Counted from the first letter of the stretch, positions 50,657 to 61,230 are shown. The stretch is 64,000 nt of DNA from Candidatus Cloacimonadales bacterium (GCA_963678315.1 OY782781.1:800001-864000), one strand, 5' to 3'. The notes: generated by a model from the letters alone, not told the origin. Program-made: numbers and translations.

Positions 50657-52819
50657 TTACATTCGATAACTGATATTATAAGACATGGTCCAATTGAATG
50701 GAGCTTGTGGATTATAGGCATAAATTTCATAATATTTGTTGAAGATGTTATTGAAGTTTAATCCTATTGTGTGCTCAGTATCGAGAAGTTTAAACTGCTT
50801 TGACAAAGCAATATTAGTTAATTCATATTCAGGAAGCGGGTCTTTGAGATTATCAAGAGTAATCCACTGCTTGCCTGTTTTATTATATTCAATCTTAGCT
50901 TTATATTTCATATATTCATAGCTAGCACCTACTTTAATCTGCATTTCGGGAGTGTAGGCTAATTCTTTACCATACATAGAAGAGTGGAGACCATTCTCGG
51001 TTAAAGTTAGATTCTCGGTATTAGTTATGACATAGGATCCAAAGATGTGAAGATTTCTGAAGGCTTCTATATCAGCTTCCATACTAATATTCTCTATTTT
51101 ACTAGATCCTATATTGAGAGGTTTCCACACCTTACCATACATGTTAACTTCAACCCACTGAATTAGGTTATCTATAGTGTTGTGGGAATAGTTAAACTTT
51201 AGATTACACCTACTATCAAAATCAAGCTCTAATCCCAGCTGGTATCCTTCAGACTCTTCAGGTTTTAAGTCTGGATTGCCCATAGCTTGAGAATCTCCCT
51301 TCCAGTAGAGACTATAGAAAGATGGTAATGTGAAGCCAGTTCCATAGCTTCCTGAAAGTGTAGTTGTTATAATGTGGTTATGGGTTAGTTCACCACCGAC
51401 CCTGTAGGTTGTAAAGTCTCCAAAGTTATTGTTAGAATCATAACGGCCAGACAAGTTCATTCCTACTTTGATTAAGTCTATCTCCTGTTCATAGCTCGAA
51501 ATCAATGCAGAAGATGTAGAATACTGGCTAATCTCAGGAATGTCAGCATTATTGTTTATCTTCTCATCAAAAGAGAAAGATTCTTCAAGATACTCATTTG
51601 ATAGAATAAGGGAGAAATTGCTTAGCTCTAAGGTATTTTCAAGCTTGCTAGCTATCTTGCTATTCTTTGAAATATTGTTTGAAGTATGGATGGTGTTAGT
51701 AGGACTTGTATTGTCGTATTCAGACTTCTTATAATGCTTATAGAAAGTGAGTTTATTGTTTAGCAGACTAATTTTTTTGGATAGCTTGAAACTGTTGTTA
51801 GAATCATAGCCCTTGATGAAAGCCTTATCATACAAGAGACTGAAGTTGCTTGGTCCGGGAAGCTGATTATTAAAGAAAGAAGAATTGTTGCTGTAATATA
51901 AATCTAGCCAATCCAAGCCCATTGACATATTAAAGAGTAAGTTGTAATTTTCTTTCTTATTGTGTTCTCGAGTAAGACTAACAAGATCATTACCGCGCTT
52001 GTAATCATACTTAAAGTCATTATCGCTCTTCATCCCAGATAAAACAGCATATATGCTAGTTCTAGACAGAGATTGCCCTATGCTAGCAGATAGCTTCCTA
52101 TAATTAAAGCTTCCATATTTAGCATTCAGAGAATATTCATTGTTGCTGACTGCACTCTTCTTGGTAGTGATGTTTATAGCTCCAGCTATTCCTCCTGAAC
52201 CACTCAAAGAAGAAGCATTATTCTTGTAAATCTCAATCTTCTCTACTATCTCAGTTGGAATGGCTGATAAGTCAAAGTCTTCGCCATTACTGTTCATTGC
52301 AATCCCATCTAATAGAACCAAGGTGTGTTTACTCTTATGTCCTAGTATGGACGCTGATTGCTTCTCACCTGGAAGCTGAGTGCCAGTTATCACGATATTG
52401 CTCTCATGTGAGATTACTTCTGCAACATTATCCAGAGCTTTCTTTTCTGCATCTATCTTAATTATAACTTTCTCCTTGGCTTTAGGCATGAAAGTAGGAG
52501 CTTTCTTAGCTTTGAAAGTATACTCTTCTAGTATTAAGTCTTTCTTTCTAAGGAGTATTTTATTGTCTAATTCTAGCTTAGATAAAGGATAGTATTCCAT
52601 TTCATAGCCAAAAAGATATATGGTTAGTTGCTTCTCTTGAGAATTAGATTCTAACAAGAAGTAACCTTCATCATCTGTATAAGCAGACTTCTTTCCATGA
52701 AGAACCAAGGCCTTCTCCAAGGCTTCCATATCTTTATTGTAGATGTAGCCTGAGAAGACTTCTGCTACAGCCAAGAGTGGCATTAATAATAGAAAAGAAA
52801 TTAAGACTATCTTTCTCAT
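50657..52819 (-). CDS. TonB-dependent receptor, probable cobalamin transporter (BtuB-like)
   Basis: Plug motifs TLVLLDGIAMN, VEKIEIYK and GAINITTK; GNPDLKPE; NNIFNKYY; downstream of the B12 riboswitch. Confidence 0.85.
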   Translation of the reverse strand: MRKIVLISFLLLMPLLAVAEVFSGYIYNKDMEALEKALVLHGKKSAYTDDEGYFLLESNSQEKQLTIYLFGYEMEYYPLSKLELDNKILLRKKDLILEEYTFKAKKAPTFMPKAKEKVIIKIDAEKKALDNVAEVISHESNIVITGTQLPGEKQSASILGHKSKHTLVLLDGIAMNSNGEDFDLSAIPTEIVEKIEIYKNNASSLSGSGGIAGAINITTKKSAVSNNEYSLNAKYGSFNYRKLSASIGQSLSRTSIYAVLSGMKSDNDFKYDYKRGNDLVSLTREHNKKENYNLLFNMSMGLDWLDLYYSNNSSFFNNQLPGPSNFSLLYDKAFIKGYDSNNSFKLSKKISLLNNKLTFYKHYKKSEYDNTSPTNTIHTSNNISKNSKIASKLENTLELSNFSLILSNEYLEESFSFDEKINNNADIPEISQYSTSSALISSYEQEIDLIKVGMNLSGRYDSNNNFGDFTTYRVGGELTHNHIITTTLSGSYGTGFTLPSFYSLYWKGDSQAMGNPDLKPEESEGYQLGLELDFDSRCNLKFNYSHNTIDNLIQWVEVNMYGKVWKPLNIGSSKIENISMEADIEAFRNLHIFGSYVITNTENLTLTENGLHSSMYGKELAYTPEMQIKVGASYEYMKYKAKIEYNKTGKQWITLDNLKDPLPEYELTNIALSKQFKLLDTEHTIGLNFNNIFNKYYEIYAYNPQAPFNWTMSYNISYRM

Positions 52820-53583
52820 GGATAAATCACATTGGGTTTGTTTGTAATAGGGTTTGTTACTATCCCTAGCTTAATGTTGAATGCCTGCTCCAAATTAGCT
52901 TCATTTAGAACACTGCTAGGTGCACCATCAGCTATTACTTGTCCTTCCTTAAGGATAATCATTCTTTCAGAATAGTTTGATGCTAAGTTGATGTTATGGG
53001 AAATCATGATGATAGTCTTCTTCTCTTCTTGGTGAAGCTTCTTCATAATATTAAGTATCTCAATCTGGTGATTAATATCTAAGTGAGAGAATGTTTCATC
53101 TAAGAGAATATAATCTGTATTCTGAGCAATAGCTCTACCAATATAGGTTCGTTGCTTCTCTCCACCACTTAACTGATTGATGTATTTGTTGCGTAAATGA
53201 CCTAATTGTAATTTAGTGATTATCTCTTCAACAACTTGTTTATCTTCCTGAGAATAGCTATTCCAAAATGATATAAAAGGAAACCTTCCCATGGTAATTA
53301 TCTCTTCTACGGTGAAGTTATACTGAATATGAGACTCTTGAGGAATTAGTGTTACCTTTTTAGCCAAGTCCTTACTATTAATCTTATTGATATCTTGCTT
53401 ATCAATAAGGATATCACCAGATAGTCTATCTAGAAAGCCAATTACTAGCTTCAATAAAGTTGACTTGCCACAGCCATTAGGTCCCAGAATAGAGATAAAT
53501 TCACCCCTATCAAAAGACAGATTTAGCTTGTTATAAATCTTGTTTCCTGGGTAACCAGCTTCTAAATTCTTAATATGTATCAT
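52816..53583 (-). CDS. ABC transporter ATPase of the BtuD/FecE type
   Basis: GPNGCGKST, LSGGEKQR, LLDETFSHLD and SHNIN motifs. Confidence 0.92.
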   Translation of the reverse strand: MIHIKNLEAGYPGNKIYNKLNLSFDRGEFISILGPNGCGKSTLLKLVIGFLDRLSGDILIDKQDINKINSKDLAKKVTLIPQESHIQYNFTVEEIITMGRFPFISFWNSYSQEDKQVVEEIITKLQLGHLRNKYINQLSGGEKQRTYIGRAIAQNTDYILLDETFSHLDINHQIEILNIMKKLHQEEKKTIIMISHNINLASNYSERMIILKEGQVIADGAPSSVLNEANLEQAFNIKLGIVTNPITNKPNVIYP

Positions 53584-53712
53584 GTTTCCTCGAATAATAT
53601 TCTCTTCTAAATTATAGTAATTAAACTTGTGTAACTTAAATGCTTGTATTTTATTGAAGGTATAGATATATCTTCGAGATTCCTTTAATTACCGTGCTTC
53701 GCAGTATTAAAT

Positions 53713-53870
53713 GGACTCAGTGGCAGGTTTCCTGGCTTGTAGTTTCAACAAAATATATACCTTCCCAGACTTATTCATCCAGTGATATATATCAACTATT
53801 ACTACTTACAGTGGCGAAGACCGCTCTCGCTTCTAACGAGATTCCCTTTTACTCTTGCACCATTGAGTTA
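53713..53870 (-). promoter_or_regulatory. Cobalamin riboswitch
   Basis: Minus strand GGTGC..AAAAGGGAA..GCCACTGT..CTGGGAAGG..AAGCCAGGAAACCTGCC (B12 box), upstream of transporter genes. Confidence 0.92.
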
Positions 53871-54289
53871 CACATATTTGTAGCTATTTAATTTTGTTAG
53901 CTTTTACTGTCAATAGAATTGTTCTATTATCTACATCTCGTTATCAGTCACACTTTCAATAGTAACAAGTTGTTTGAGGAATTCTAGCTTTTTATGCTCT
54001 CTGAAAGATAGAAATGTTGAAGAAAGTGAACATAATTATAGTTCCAAGCCCTTCTATTAAGTTAAGACAACTAGAAGAATAACATTAATTCCCAATAAAT
54101 ATCATCAAATAGTAAGTTAACACTGTTAAAAGAGACCTTCTATCACAAAATAAATAATAAATAGGTTACTATTTTACATTTTTGGAAAATAGCTTGCATA
54201 GTTTTTATTTAAATGTTATATTTGCGTTAAGATTATAATAATACCAATTTTTATTGGTGATGTGAAATTAAATATGTAAAGGAGTAAAC

Positions 54290-56161
54290 ATGAAAAAAAG
54301 CTTAGCTTATGTTTTGTTGTTGTTAAGTATTTTTTCTCTTACAGCTGCTCAAATTAGCGTTGTAGGCGAAGTATTTACGGAGACATGGTGACCTTATTGC
54401 CCACGTGCAAGAACAGGTCTGTTCAATTTATATGATAATCAACCCCACGTAGTCCCACTAATCTGGCAAGGTGATGGATCTCATGAATCACCTGGATATA
54501 CACAACGTCGTGGACTAGTTGGTTCTACTTCACAAGGTATTCCTCAATGTGCTATTCAAGGTATTTACCTAGAAGTTGGCGCTGCAACAGATGCTTATAA
54601 CCAACAATATCTTCCTCGTTATAACCAAGTTATCAACACAGAAGCACCAATGTCGATTTCAGCTTTTGTATTCGAAACTACAGAAGGCTATCAATTAACA
54701 GGTTCTATAGCCCTCGAACAAGCTATTGATAATAATGATGTTAAAATAGTTTATATACTTGCAGACTATGTAAGTGATGATTATTTCTCATCTGTAGTAG
54801 CTTATGAATACGAACCATTAACTATTTCAGGTCAAGGACAGACAGTATCTTTCAATCATGAATTTACTGCTGAAGCATCATGGAATCCAGAAACTGTAAA
54901 AGGTTATGTGATGGTGCAAAACTTTGCCAACAATGATGGTGAAATCTTCCAAGCTGCTGAAGCAGGCACAGGTGCTGTTTCTGCAACTGCTTTAGATTTT
55001 GGTGATTCATATATTGGTTCTAACTTCACAAAAGAATTCTCAGTATTCAATGTTGGTACAGAAACAGCTAATATTGAAGTAAACATGACAGGAGATGCTT
55101 TCTCTATTACTGGTGATATGACTTATACTCTTGAGCCAGGAACAAGCCAATCTCATACTGTTCAATTTGTTCCTACAGCTGAACAAGCTTACTCAGGCAC
55201 AATAGATATTACTACTGATATCCCAATGTTTGAAAATAACACTGTAATAATCACTGGTAATGGTTTTGTTGATAATGCTCCTTCAATAGCTAACTTAGCT
55301 TTAGAAGGAACTCTAATGAATAAATTCTCAGTTGAAGTTTCTTATAACTTTGTTGACATTGACAATGATGGTCAAGGTGAATCTCAGTACACTTGGTATG
55401 AATCAGAAGACCAAGAAAACTGGACTGAATATGTAAATATTAATGCTAACTATAACAAAATTAATATTTCTGATGACTTAGTTGGTAAATACCTTAGATT
55501 CGTTGCTGAACCAGTTGATGAACATGGTATGCCAGGCCAAGTTGCTTCAGTCGAAACAGATCAGCCAATCGCTGATTTAGCTGCACCTACAAACCTAAGC
55601 TTAGATATTGCTGATGGTAATAATATTACCCTAAACTGGACTGCTCCTGAACTTCCTGAAATTAGAGGTTTATTCGGTTACAAAGTTATGCGTGGTGCTG
55701 AAATCGTTACTACCATAATGGATACTGAAGAAACTAGTTATACTGATGAAAATGTTGCTGATGGACAATACACTTATGCTGTAAAATCTATCTATGCTCC
55801 AGGTGGTCTTTCAGGAAACTCAAATGAAATTACTGTTCTAGTAGAGAATGGTCAAGCTACTGTTGGTAACGACCAAAGCACTGTTCCTGTTGCTAGTATT
55901 TCTAATGGTCCTAACCCATTCAGTAATTCAACTAATATCTTCTTCCAAACTAGAAAATCAGCTCAAGTTAAAGTTGATATCTATAATGTGAAAGGTCAGC
56001 TTGTTAATAGCGTTCTTAATCAAGAAGTTAATGCAGGTGAACATACAATCACATGGAATGGTAATGATAGTAATGGAAACAGATGCTCTGCAGGCGTTTA
56101 CTTCTATAAAGTAACTAGCCCTGAAAAATCTGTAACCAAGAAAATGATTCTTATGAAATAG
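54290..56161 (+). CDS. Secreted Omp28-like/thioredoxin-fold protein with an in-frame UGA (probable selenocysteine), Ig/FN3-like domains and a FlgD-Ig/T9SS-like C-terminal domain
   Basis: AAGGAG Shine-Dalgarno, ATG 54290 and a signal peptide; GEVFTETW-TGA(54389)-PYCP; the frame stays open into the 503-aa ORF at 54650. Confidence 0.82.
54392..54430 (+). promoter_or_regulatory. Candidate bacterial SECIS element
   Basis: Hairpin GAACA-GGTC-TGTTC (54411-54424); the G-led loop starts 24 nt after the UGA. Confidence 0.6.
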
Positions 56162-56207
56162 TGTCATATTAATTAATAATTTATAATTAACAATAGAATA
56201 TTAATGA

Positions 56208-56236
56208 AGAGGCTGACCAAGTGTCAGCCTTTTTTT
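56208..56236 (+). terminator. Intrinsic terminator
   Basis: AGGCTGAC-CAAGT-GTCAGCCT followed by a T-tract. Confidence 0.8.
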
Positions 56237-56630
56237 GTCCTGGGTTTGTAGCCTTCATTCTAGCTTGACGAGCACAATTTTGCAAGCTTATTTACGCTTA
56301 ATTATACTTGTCGCTTGCAGATTTAGCTAAACGATTTTCGATTTATTTTTGTAAGAATAAAGCAAAAACATAGAAGCTTGACTTTGCTAAGAGTTTCAGT
56401 GCTGAAAATGAGCACTCTTTTTTCTGTATAACATTTAAGATACTTTACTCGAATATTCTGCACCATTTACTAAAAATCTAATGCTTGCTCAAGATGTAAT
56501 TTTCTTGAAAGCTAGAACATAATTCATTGACTCTTTCGTAAGGTCTCTACTCCCTTAATGGCCTCCTTGAAAAAATGGCGTTTTTTCAAGGTGGCCCCTT
56601 GGCAAGAGGTAAATTGAGTATTGATAACAT

Positions 56631-56700
56631 GTAGGGGCGTATGGCATTCGCCCAATTTTGCGTAAGCATGAACAAAGTTCAACCTTCGGTTGCTACTTAC
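56631..56700. repeat. GTAG-type REP followed by a variant of array module B
   Basis: GTAGGGGCGTATGGCATTCGCCC then TTTTGCGTAAGCATGAACAAAGTTCAACCTTCGGTTGCTACTTAC. Confidence 0.7.
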
Positions 56701-56851
56701 AGGACATTAGATTATGACAGTTTCTATTCTTAACTAACTATAAATAAAACTATTAATAAATGGAAAAACAATAAATATAATTCAATAAATTTTTCTTGAC
56801 ATTCTAAAAGTAAATCATGAAAATAATAAACACTTTGAAAAAGGATATATA

Positions 56852-57760
56852 ATGAAAGGACTTTTAGAAATAGGAACTAATTCGATTAAATGCATGGCAT
56901 TTAGAAGAGTAGAAGATAAATTTGAGTTTGTAGTTGATAAGCAAGTTATCACACAACTTGGTGAGGGATACCTAAAATCAGCTTTAATATCTAAAGAGGC
57001 ACTAAGTAGGACTTGTAAAGAGTTAAAAAAAGCCAAAAAAGAGCTCTTAGACTTAGGTTGCCAGGAGATAGACTTGATTGGAACTATGATTTTAAGAAGG
57101 GCTGAAAATCGGGAAATTGTGGTCAAGCAAATCTCAGAAGATTTAGGCTTGGAATTGAAAGTTCTAACTGGTGAAGAGGAAGCTCAATACTCATTCAAAG
57201 CAGCAGTAAGAACACTGGCCTTAGAGGGAGATGAGAAGATTCTTGTTGTTGATTCAGGTGGTGGATCATCTGAAGCAATATTTGGTGAAAAAGGTAAAAT
57301 TCTTCATGCCCAGTCAATTGATATAGGGGCGGTAACACTTACTGAGAAATTCAATCTTGATAATGTTGTAAGTCACGAGATTATTATGAGTTGTGAACAG
57401 TATGTTAATAGAGTTTTTACAACATTAGATAAAGAATATCAGTGTTCAAAACTTGTTGTGATTGGCGGTTCTGCAACTACTGTTTCTGCTATGATTCAAG
57501 AACTAGATCCTTATGATTCCACTAAAGTTCAAGGCTCAATAGTAGCTATGGAGCAATTGTTTGAACTTCAAGATAAAGTAGCTAATCTAACTACCGAACA
57601 GAGAAAAGAATTAGTTGGACTTTCTCCAAAAAGAGCTAATATAATATTAGGTGGTATTATTATTATTGGATGTATTCTTGATAGATCTAATATCAGAGAA
57701 ATGATTGTATGCGATCGTGGTTTAAGATATGGCTACGCATACTCAATGATGGAAGAATAA
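56852..57760 (+). CDS. ppx: Ppx/GppA-family exopolyphosphatase
   Basis: EIGTNSIK, LTGEEEA, VDSGGGSSE and GLRYG motifs. Confidence 0.9.
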   Translation: MKGLLEIGTNSIKCMAFRRVEDKFEFVVDKQVITQLGEGYLKSALISKEALSRTCKELKKAKKELLDLGCQEIDLIGTMILRRAENREIVVKQISEDLGLELKVLTGEEEAQYSFKAAVRTLALEGDEKILVVDSGGGSSEAIFGEKGKILHAQSIDIGAVTLTEKFNLDNVVSHEIIMSCEQYVNRVFTTLDKEYQCSKLVVIGGSATTVSAMIQELDPYDSTKVQGSIVAMEQLFELQDKVANLTTEQRKELVGLSPKRANIILGGIIIIGCILDRSNIREMIVCDRGLRYGYAYSMMEE

Positions 57761-57821
57761 ACAAGCTTCTATTTATAACATTAGAATAAAATGTTGATTA
57801 AATTCAACAAAAGGAGTTGTT

Positions 57822-58475
57822 ATGACAAATTTATTTACTTCAAAGTCAAAAGAACTTCAAGGTACGATTGACAAATATATTGATGTTGTTGAAAAATCAG
57901 CCCTTACTTTTTTAGAGGGAATAAAGAGTTACATTAATTGGAAGACTGATAGATTTGATGATTACCTTGCTTCAATGATTGATTTCGAGAATAAAGCTGA
58001 TGAATTAAGGCATGACTGTAAGTTTAAGCTTTATTCATATATGCTTATACCCGAATCTAGGGGGGATGTGCTAGGTATTATTGAAACTATTGATGATGTG
58101 GTTGATGTCTGTAAGAAAGTTATGGAACAGTTGTCTATTGAGCAACCAGATATTCCTGAAGATCTCAGACCTTCTTACCTTGAATTAGCTGAGCTTTCAA
58201 CTAAGACAATGTTAGAATTAATTAAAGCTACAAGAGCTTTCTTTACCGAGATGAAGCTGGTTGAGAATCATATCAATAAAGTGCATTTCTATGAGCATGA
58301 AGCAGATAAACTAGAAGAAAGACTTAAAAGAAAGATATTTAACCACAAAGAGATAGGTTATCTTTCAGTAAAGATGCATTTGAGATACTTTGTTGAAAAG
58401 ATAGTTTCCCCATCAGATAATGCTGAAACAGTTGCAGAAAGACTTTCTGTGTATGTGATAAAGAGGAGACTATAG
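57822..58475 (+). CDS. DUF47/PhoU-like phosphate transport regulator
   Basis: ENKADELR and EHEADKLE repeats; adjacent to pit. Confidence 0.88.
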   Translation: MTNLFTSKSKELQGTIDKYIDVVEKSALTFLEGIKSYINWKTDRFDDYLASMIDFENKADELRHDCKFKLYSYMLIPESRGDVLGIIETIDDVVDVCKKVMEQLSIEQPDIPEDLRPSYLELAELSTKTMLELIKATRAFFTEMKLVENHINKVHFYEHEADKLEERLKRKIFNHKEIGYLSVKMHLRYFVEKIVSPSDNAETVAERLSVYVIKRRL

Positions 58476-58482
58476 GTCTTTT

Positions 58483-59529
58483 ATGATAACTTCTTTACTT
58501 TTCTTATCTAGTGGACTATTCCTAGGATGGTCACTAGGAGCTAACAATGCGGCTAACTTTTGGGGAACAGCAGTTGGGACACGCATGGTTAGGTTCAAAA
58601 CTGCAGCTATATTATGCAGTGTATTTGTTATACTTGGAGCTGTGATTGGTGGAGCTGGGGCTAGTTCAACCCTAGGAAAACTAGGGGCAATTGATTATCT
58701 AGCTGGTTCTTTTACCGTGGCTATGGCAAGTGCTGTAACAGCTTATTACATGACAAAAGCTGGAATACCTATCTCAACATCACAGGCGATTGTGGGAGCG
58801 ATTATTGGTTGGAATATTTATTCAGGGAATACTACTAACTTTGGAATATTGAGGAAGATTGCAAGTACTTGGGTAACTTCCCCAATTCTAACTGCTCTGA
58901 CAGCTTTCTTATTCTACAAATTAGTTCAATATGTTATAAATAGAACCAAGATTCACATGGTAAAGTTAGATCAATACACTCGCTATGCTTTAATTCTTGT
59001 TGGAATATTTGGTTCTTACTCACTAGGTGCAAACAACATTGGTAATGTGATGGGGGTCTTTGTGCAATCTAACCCATTTGCTAACTTGAATGTTCTGTCC
59101 TATCTAAAATTAGATCCGACTCAGATACTATTCCTAATTGGTGGTCTTGCTATCGCTGTTGGTGTCTTTACTTACTCAAAACGTGTAATGCTTACTATAG
59201 GAAACGACATATTTAAACTTTCTCCTATATCAGCTTTAGTAGTGGTTTTATCAGTTTCAATCACAATGTTTATCTTTGCTTCAAGTTCATTACGAGATTT
59301 ATTGCTTAGTATGAACTTGCCAGCTATTCCTTTGGTTCCTGTATCAAGTTCTCAAGCAATTGTGGGAGCTGTGATAGGTATAAGCTTTGCCAGAAAGAGC
59401 ACAGACCTGCACTTTGGAGTATTAGGTAAAATAGTTATGGGCTGGATATTAACACCAATTCTATCTTTTATTATAGCTTATATTTCTCTCTTCTTTGTGG
59501 AGAATGTCTTTATGCAACAGGTATTTTAG
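58483..59529 (+). CDS. Inorganic phosphate transporter (PiT family)
   Basis: GANNAAN and GANNIGN signatures; PISTSQAIVG and PVSSSQAIVG. Confidence 0.93.
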   Translation: MITSLLFLSSGLFLGWSLGANNAANFWGTAVGTRMVRFKTAAILCSVFVILGAVIGGAGASSTLGKLGAIDYLAGSFTVAMASAVTAYYMTKAGIPISTSQAIVGAIIGWNIYSGNTTNFGILRKIASTWVTSPILTALTAFLFYKLVQYVINRTKIHMVKLDQYTRYALILVGIFGSYSLGANNIGNVMGVFVQSNPFANLNVLSYLKLDPTQILFLIGGLAIAVGVFTYSKRVMLTIGNDIFKLSPISALVVVLSVSITMFIFASSSLRDLLLSMNLPAIPLVPVSSSQAIVGAVIGISFARKSTDLHFGVLGKIVMGWILTPILSFIIAYISLFFVENVFMQQVF

Positions 59530-59677
59530 TTCTTAGTGAAAAGGGAAATTATCTAAAAGTATGCTTTCCTCAGTTGGGGAAGAGAAGCTCTTTCTTTTAT
59601 ACAAAATTACACCTTGACATATTCTCACAAGTAAAGATTTTTAGCTCATGTTTGTTGATTAATTAAAAATTAATCTT

Positions 59678-59757
59678 GCAGATTCAGGGGTGCCGAAAGG
59701 CTGAGATTATACCCTTTGAACCTGATCCGGGTAATGCTGGCGAAGGAAGAGTGATGC
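59678..59757 (+). promoter_or_regulatory. TPP riboswitch
   Basis: GGGGTGC..GCTGAGA..ACCC..GAACCTGATCCGGGTAATGCTGGCGAAGGAA upstream of thiamine genes. Confidence 0.95.
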
Positions 59758-59843
59758 GCTAAAAACTATAACACACACCCTTTTGAATACCTTCAAATTT
59801 GCATTATCCTCCAAAACTAAATTAACCTAATATTGGAGGAAAA

Positions 59844-60614
59844 ATGGAACTTACTGTTTCACGTGGTATTATTGATACCTATTTTAATAAGTTGAAGAAC
59901 AACTTAGAACTTGATGTCGCTATCGTTGGTGCAGGACCTTCAGGTCTGATTGCAGCAGCAACACTTGCTAAAGCAGGAAAAAAAGTAGCTGTTTTTGAAA
60001 GAAAACTTGCTCCAGGTGGTGGAATGTGGGGCGGTGCTATGCTCTTCAACCAAATTGTAGTTCAAAATGAAGCAGTTCACCTTCTAGATGAATTTAACAT
60101 TTCTTACGAACGCTATGATGAAACTTGTGTAACTCTAGATTCTGTTCATGCAACTTCTGCTTTAATATATGCAGCTACAAAATACGGTGCCATTATTAAC
60201 AATGGATTTACTGTTGAAGATGTTGTATTCCAAAACGAAGAAGTAGCTGGAGTTGTAGTTAACTGGGCGACTATTGAAAGAGAAGGACTTCATGTTGACC
60301 CTCTTGTAATGATGGCTAAATGCGTTCTTGATGGTACTGGTCATCCTTGTGAAGTTTCTCACACTGTAGCTAATAAGAATGACATCAAACTCAATACTTT
60401 AACAGGTAAAGTGATGGGCGAACGCTCATTATCAGTTGAGAAAGGTGAAGAAGCAACAGTTGAAAACACTAAAGAAGTTTATCCTGGATTATTTGTTTCA
60501 GGTATGGCTGCTAATGGAGTAAATGGAGCTTTCAGAATGGGACCAATCTTCGGAGGTATGCTCCTTTCTGGTGTTAAAGTTGCTAAGCTTATGCTTGAAA
60601 GATTAGGAAAATAA
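59844..60614 (+). CDS. thi4: Sulfide-dependent thiazole synthase (non-Cys THI4)
   Basis: GAGPSG, GGGMWGG, LHVDP, DGTGH and RMGPIFGGM motifs. Confidence 0.93.
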   Translation: MELTVSRGIIDTYFNKLKNNLELDVAIVGAGPSGLIAAATLAKAGKKVAVFERKLAPGGGMWGGAMLFNQIVVQNEAVHLLDEFNISYERYDETCVTLDSVHATSALIYAATKYGAIINNGFTVEDVVFQNEEVAGVVVNWATIEREGLHVDPLVMMAKCVLDGTGHPCEVSHTVANKNDIKLNTLTGKVMGERSLSVEKGEEATVENTKEVYPGLFVSGMAANGVNGAFRMGPIFGGMLLSGVKVAKLMLERLGK

Positions 60615-60616
60615 GA

Positions 60617-61222
60617 ATGTCAGATTTTGGTATCTATCTGATTATTACCAAACCTAGCTTAAGCTATCAAGAAATTGCTAGAATAGCAGTTAAGCATAAT
60701 ATACGCTATCTACAACTTAGGGAAAAGCACCTCAACGATAGGGAAATTATCCAAGCATCGAAAGAAATATTATCCATAACCAAAGCTAGCAATACTAAAT
60801 ATATCATCAACGATAGAGCAGATTTAGCTAAAATAGTCGATGCTGATGGCCTTCATCTTGGTCAAGATGATATATCTCTTGCAGACGCTAGGTCAATCTT
60901 GGGAGAGGATAAGATTATTGGTCTATCTACTCATTCTCTTGAACAAGCAGAGAAAGCAATAGCTCAAAAGCCTGATTATATCGGATTTGGTCCTATCTAT
61001 CCTACTCCCACAAAAGCTATAGCAGACCCCGCTGTTGGACTAACTAACATCAAAAGTATTGTTGAAATGTCTAATATTCCTGTGGTTGCTATTGGTGGAA
61101 TTGATGATAGAAATGCTGAACTTGTAATTAAAAGTGGTGCAAAGAATATCTGCTTAGTCAGATACTTTATGAATACTAACAAACTTGAAGAACGAATAAC
61201 TAAAATACAAAACATGTTATAA
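60617..61222 (+). CDS. thiE: Thiamine-phosphate synthase
   Basis: QLREK, INDR, GLHLGQDD, GLSTH and VAIGGI motifs. Confidence 0.95.
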   Translation: MSDFGIYLIITKPSLSYQEIARIAVKHNIRYLQLREKHLNDREIIQASKEILSITKASNTKYIINDRADLAKIVDADGLHLGQDDISLADARSILGEDKIIGLSTHSLEQAEKAIAQKPDYIGFGPIYPTPTKAIADPAVGLTNIKSIVEMSNIPVVAIGGIDDRNAELVIKSGAKNICLVRYFMNTNKLEERITKIQNML

Positions 61223-61230
61223 GGATTATT

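Noticed and set aside
53694..53891. 65-aa ORF
   Set aside because: It is antisense to the cobalamin riboswitch.
54389..54391. Genome-wide UGA reassignment (Trp or Gly) as the explanation for the in-frame TGA
   Set aside because: TGA ends ordinary genes here (e.g. 25450, 27978, 31965), and the long conserved genes contain no internal TGA.
54650..56161. ATG 54650 as the true start of the secreted protein
   Set aside because: It has no Shine-Dalgarno or signal peptide; the in-frame ATG at 54290 has both.
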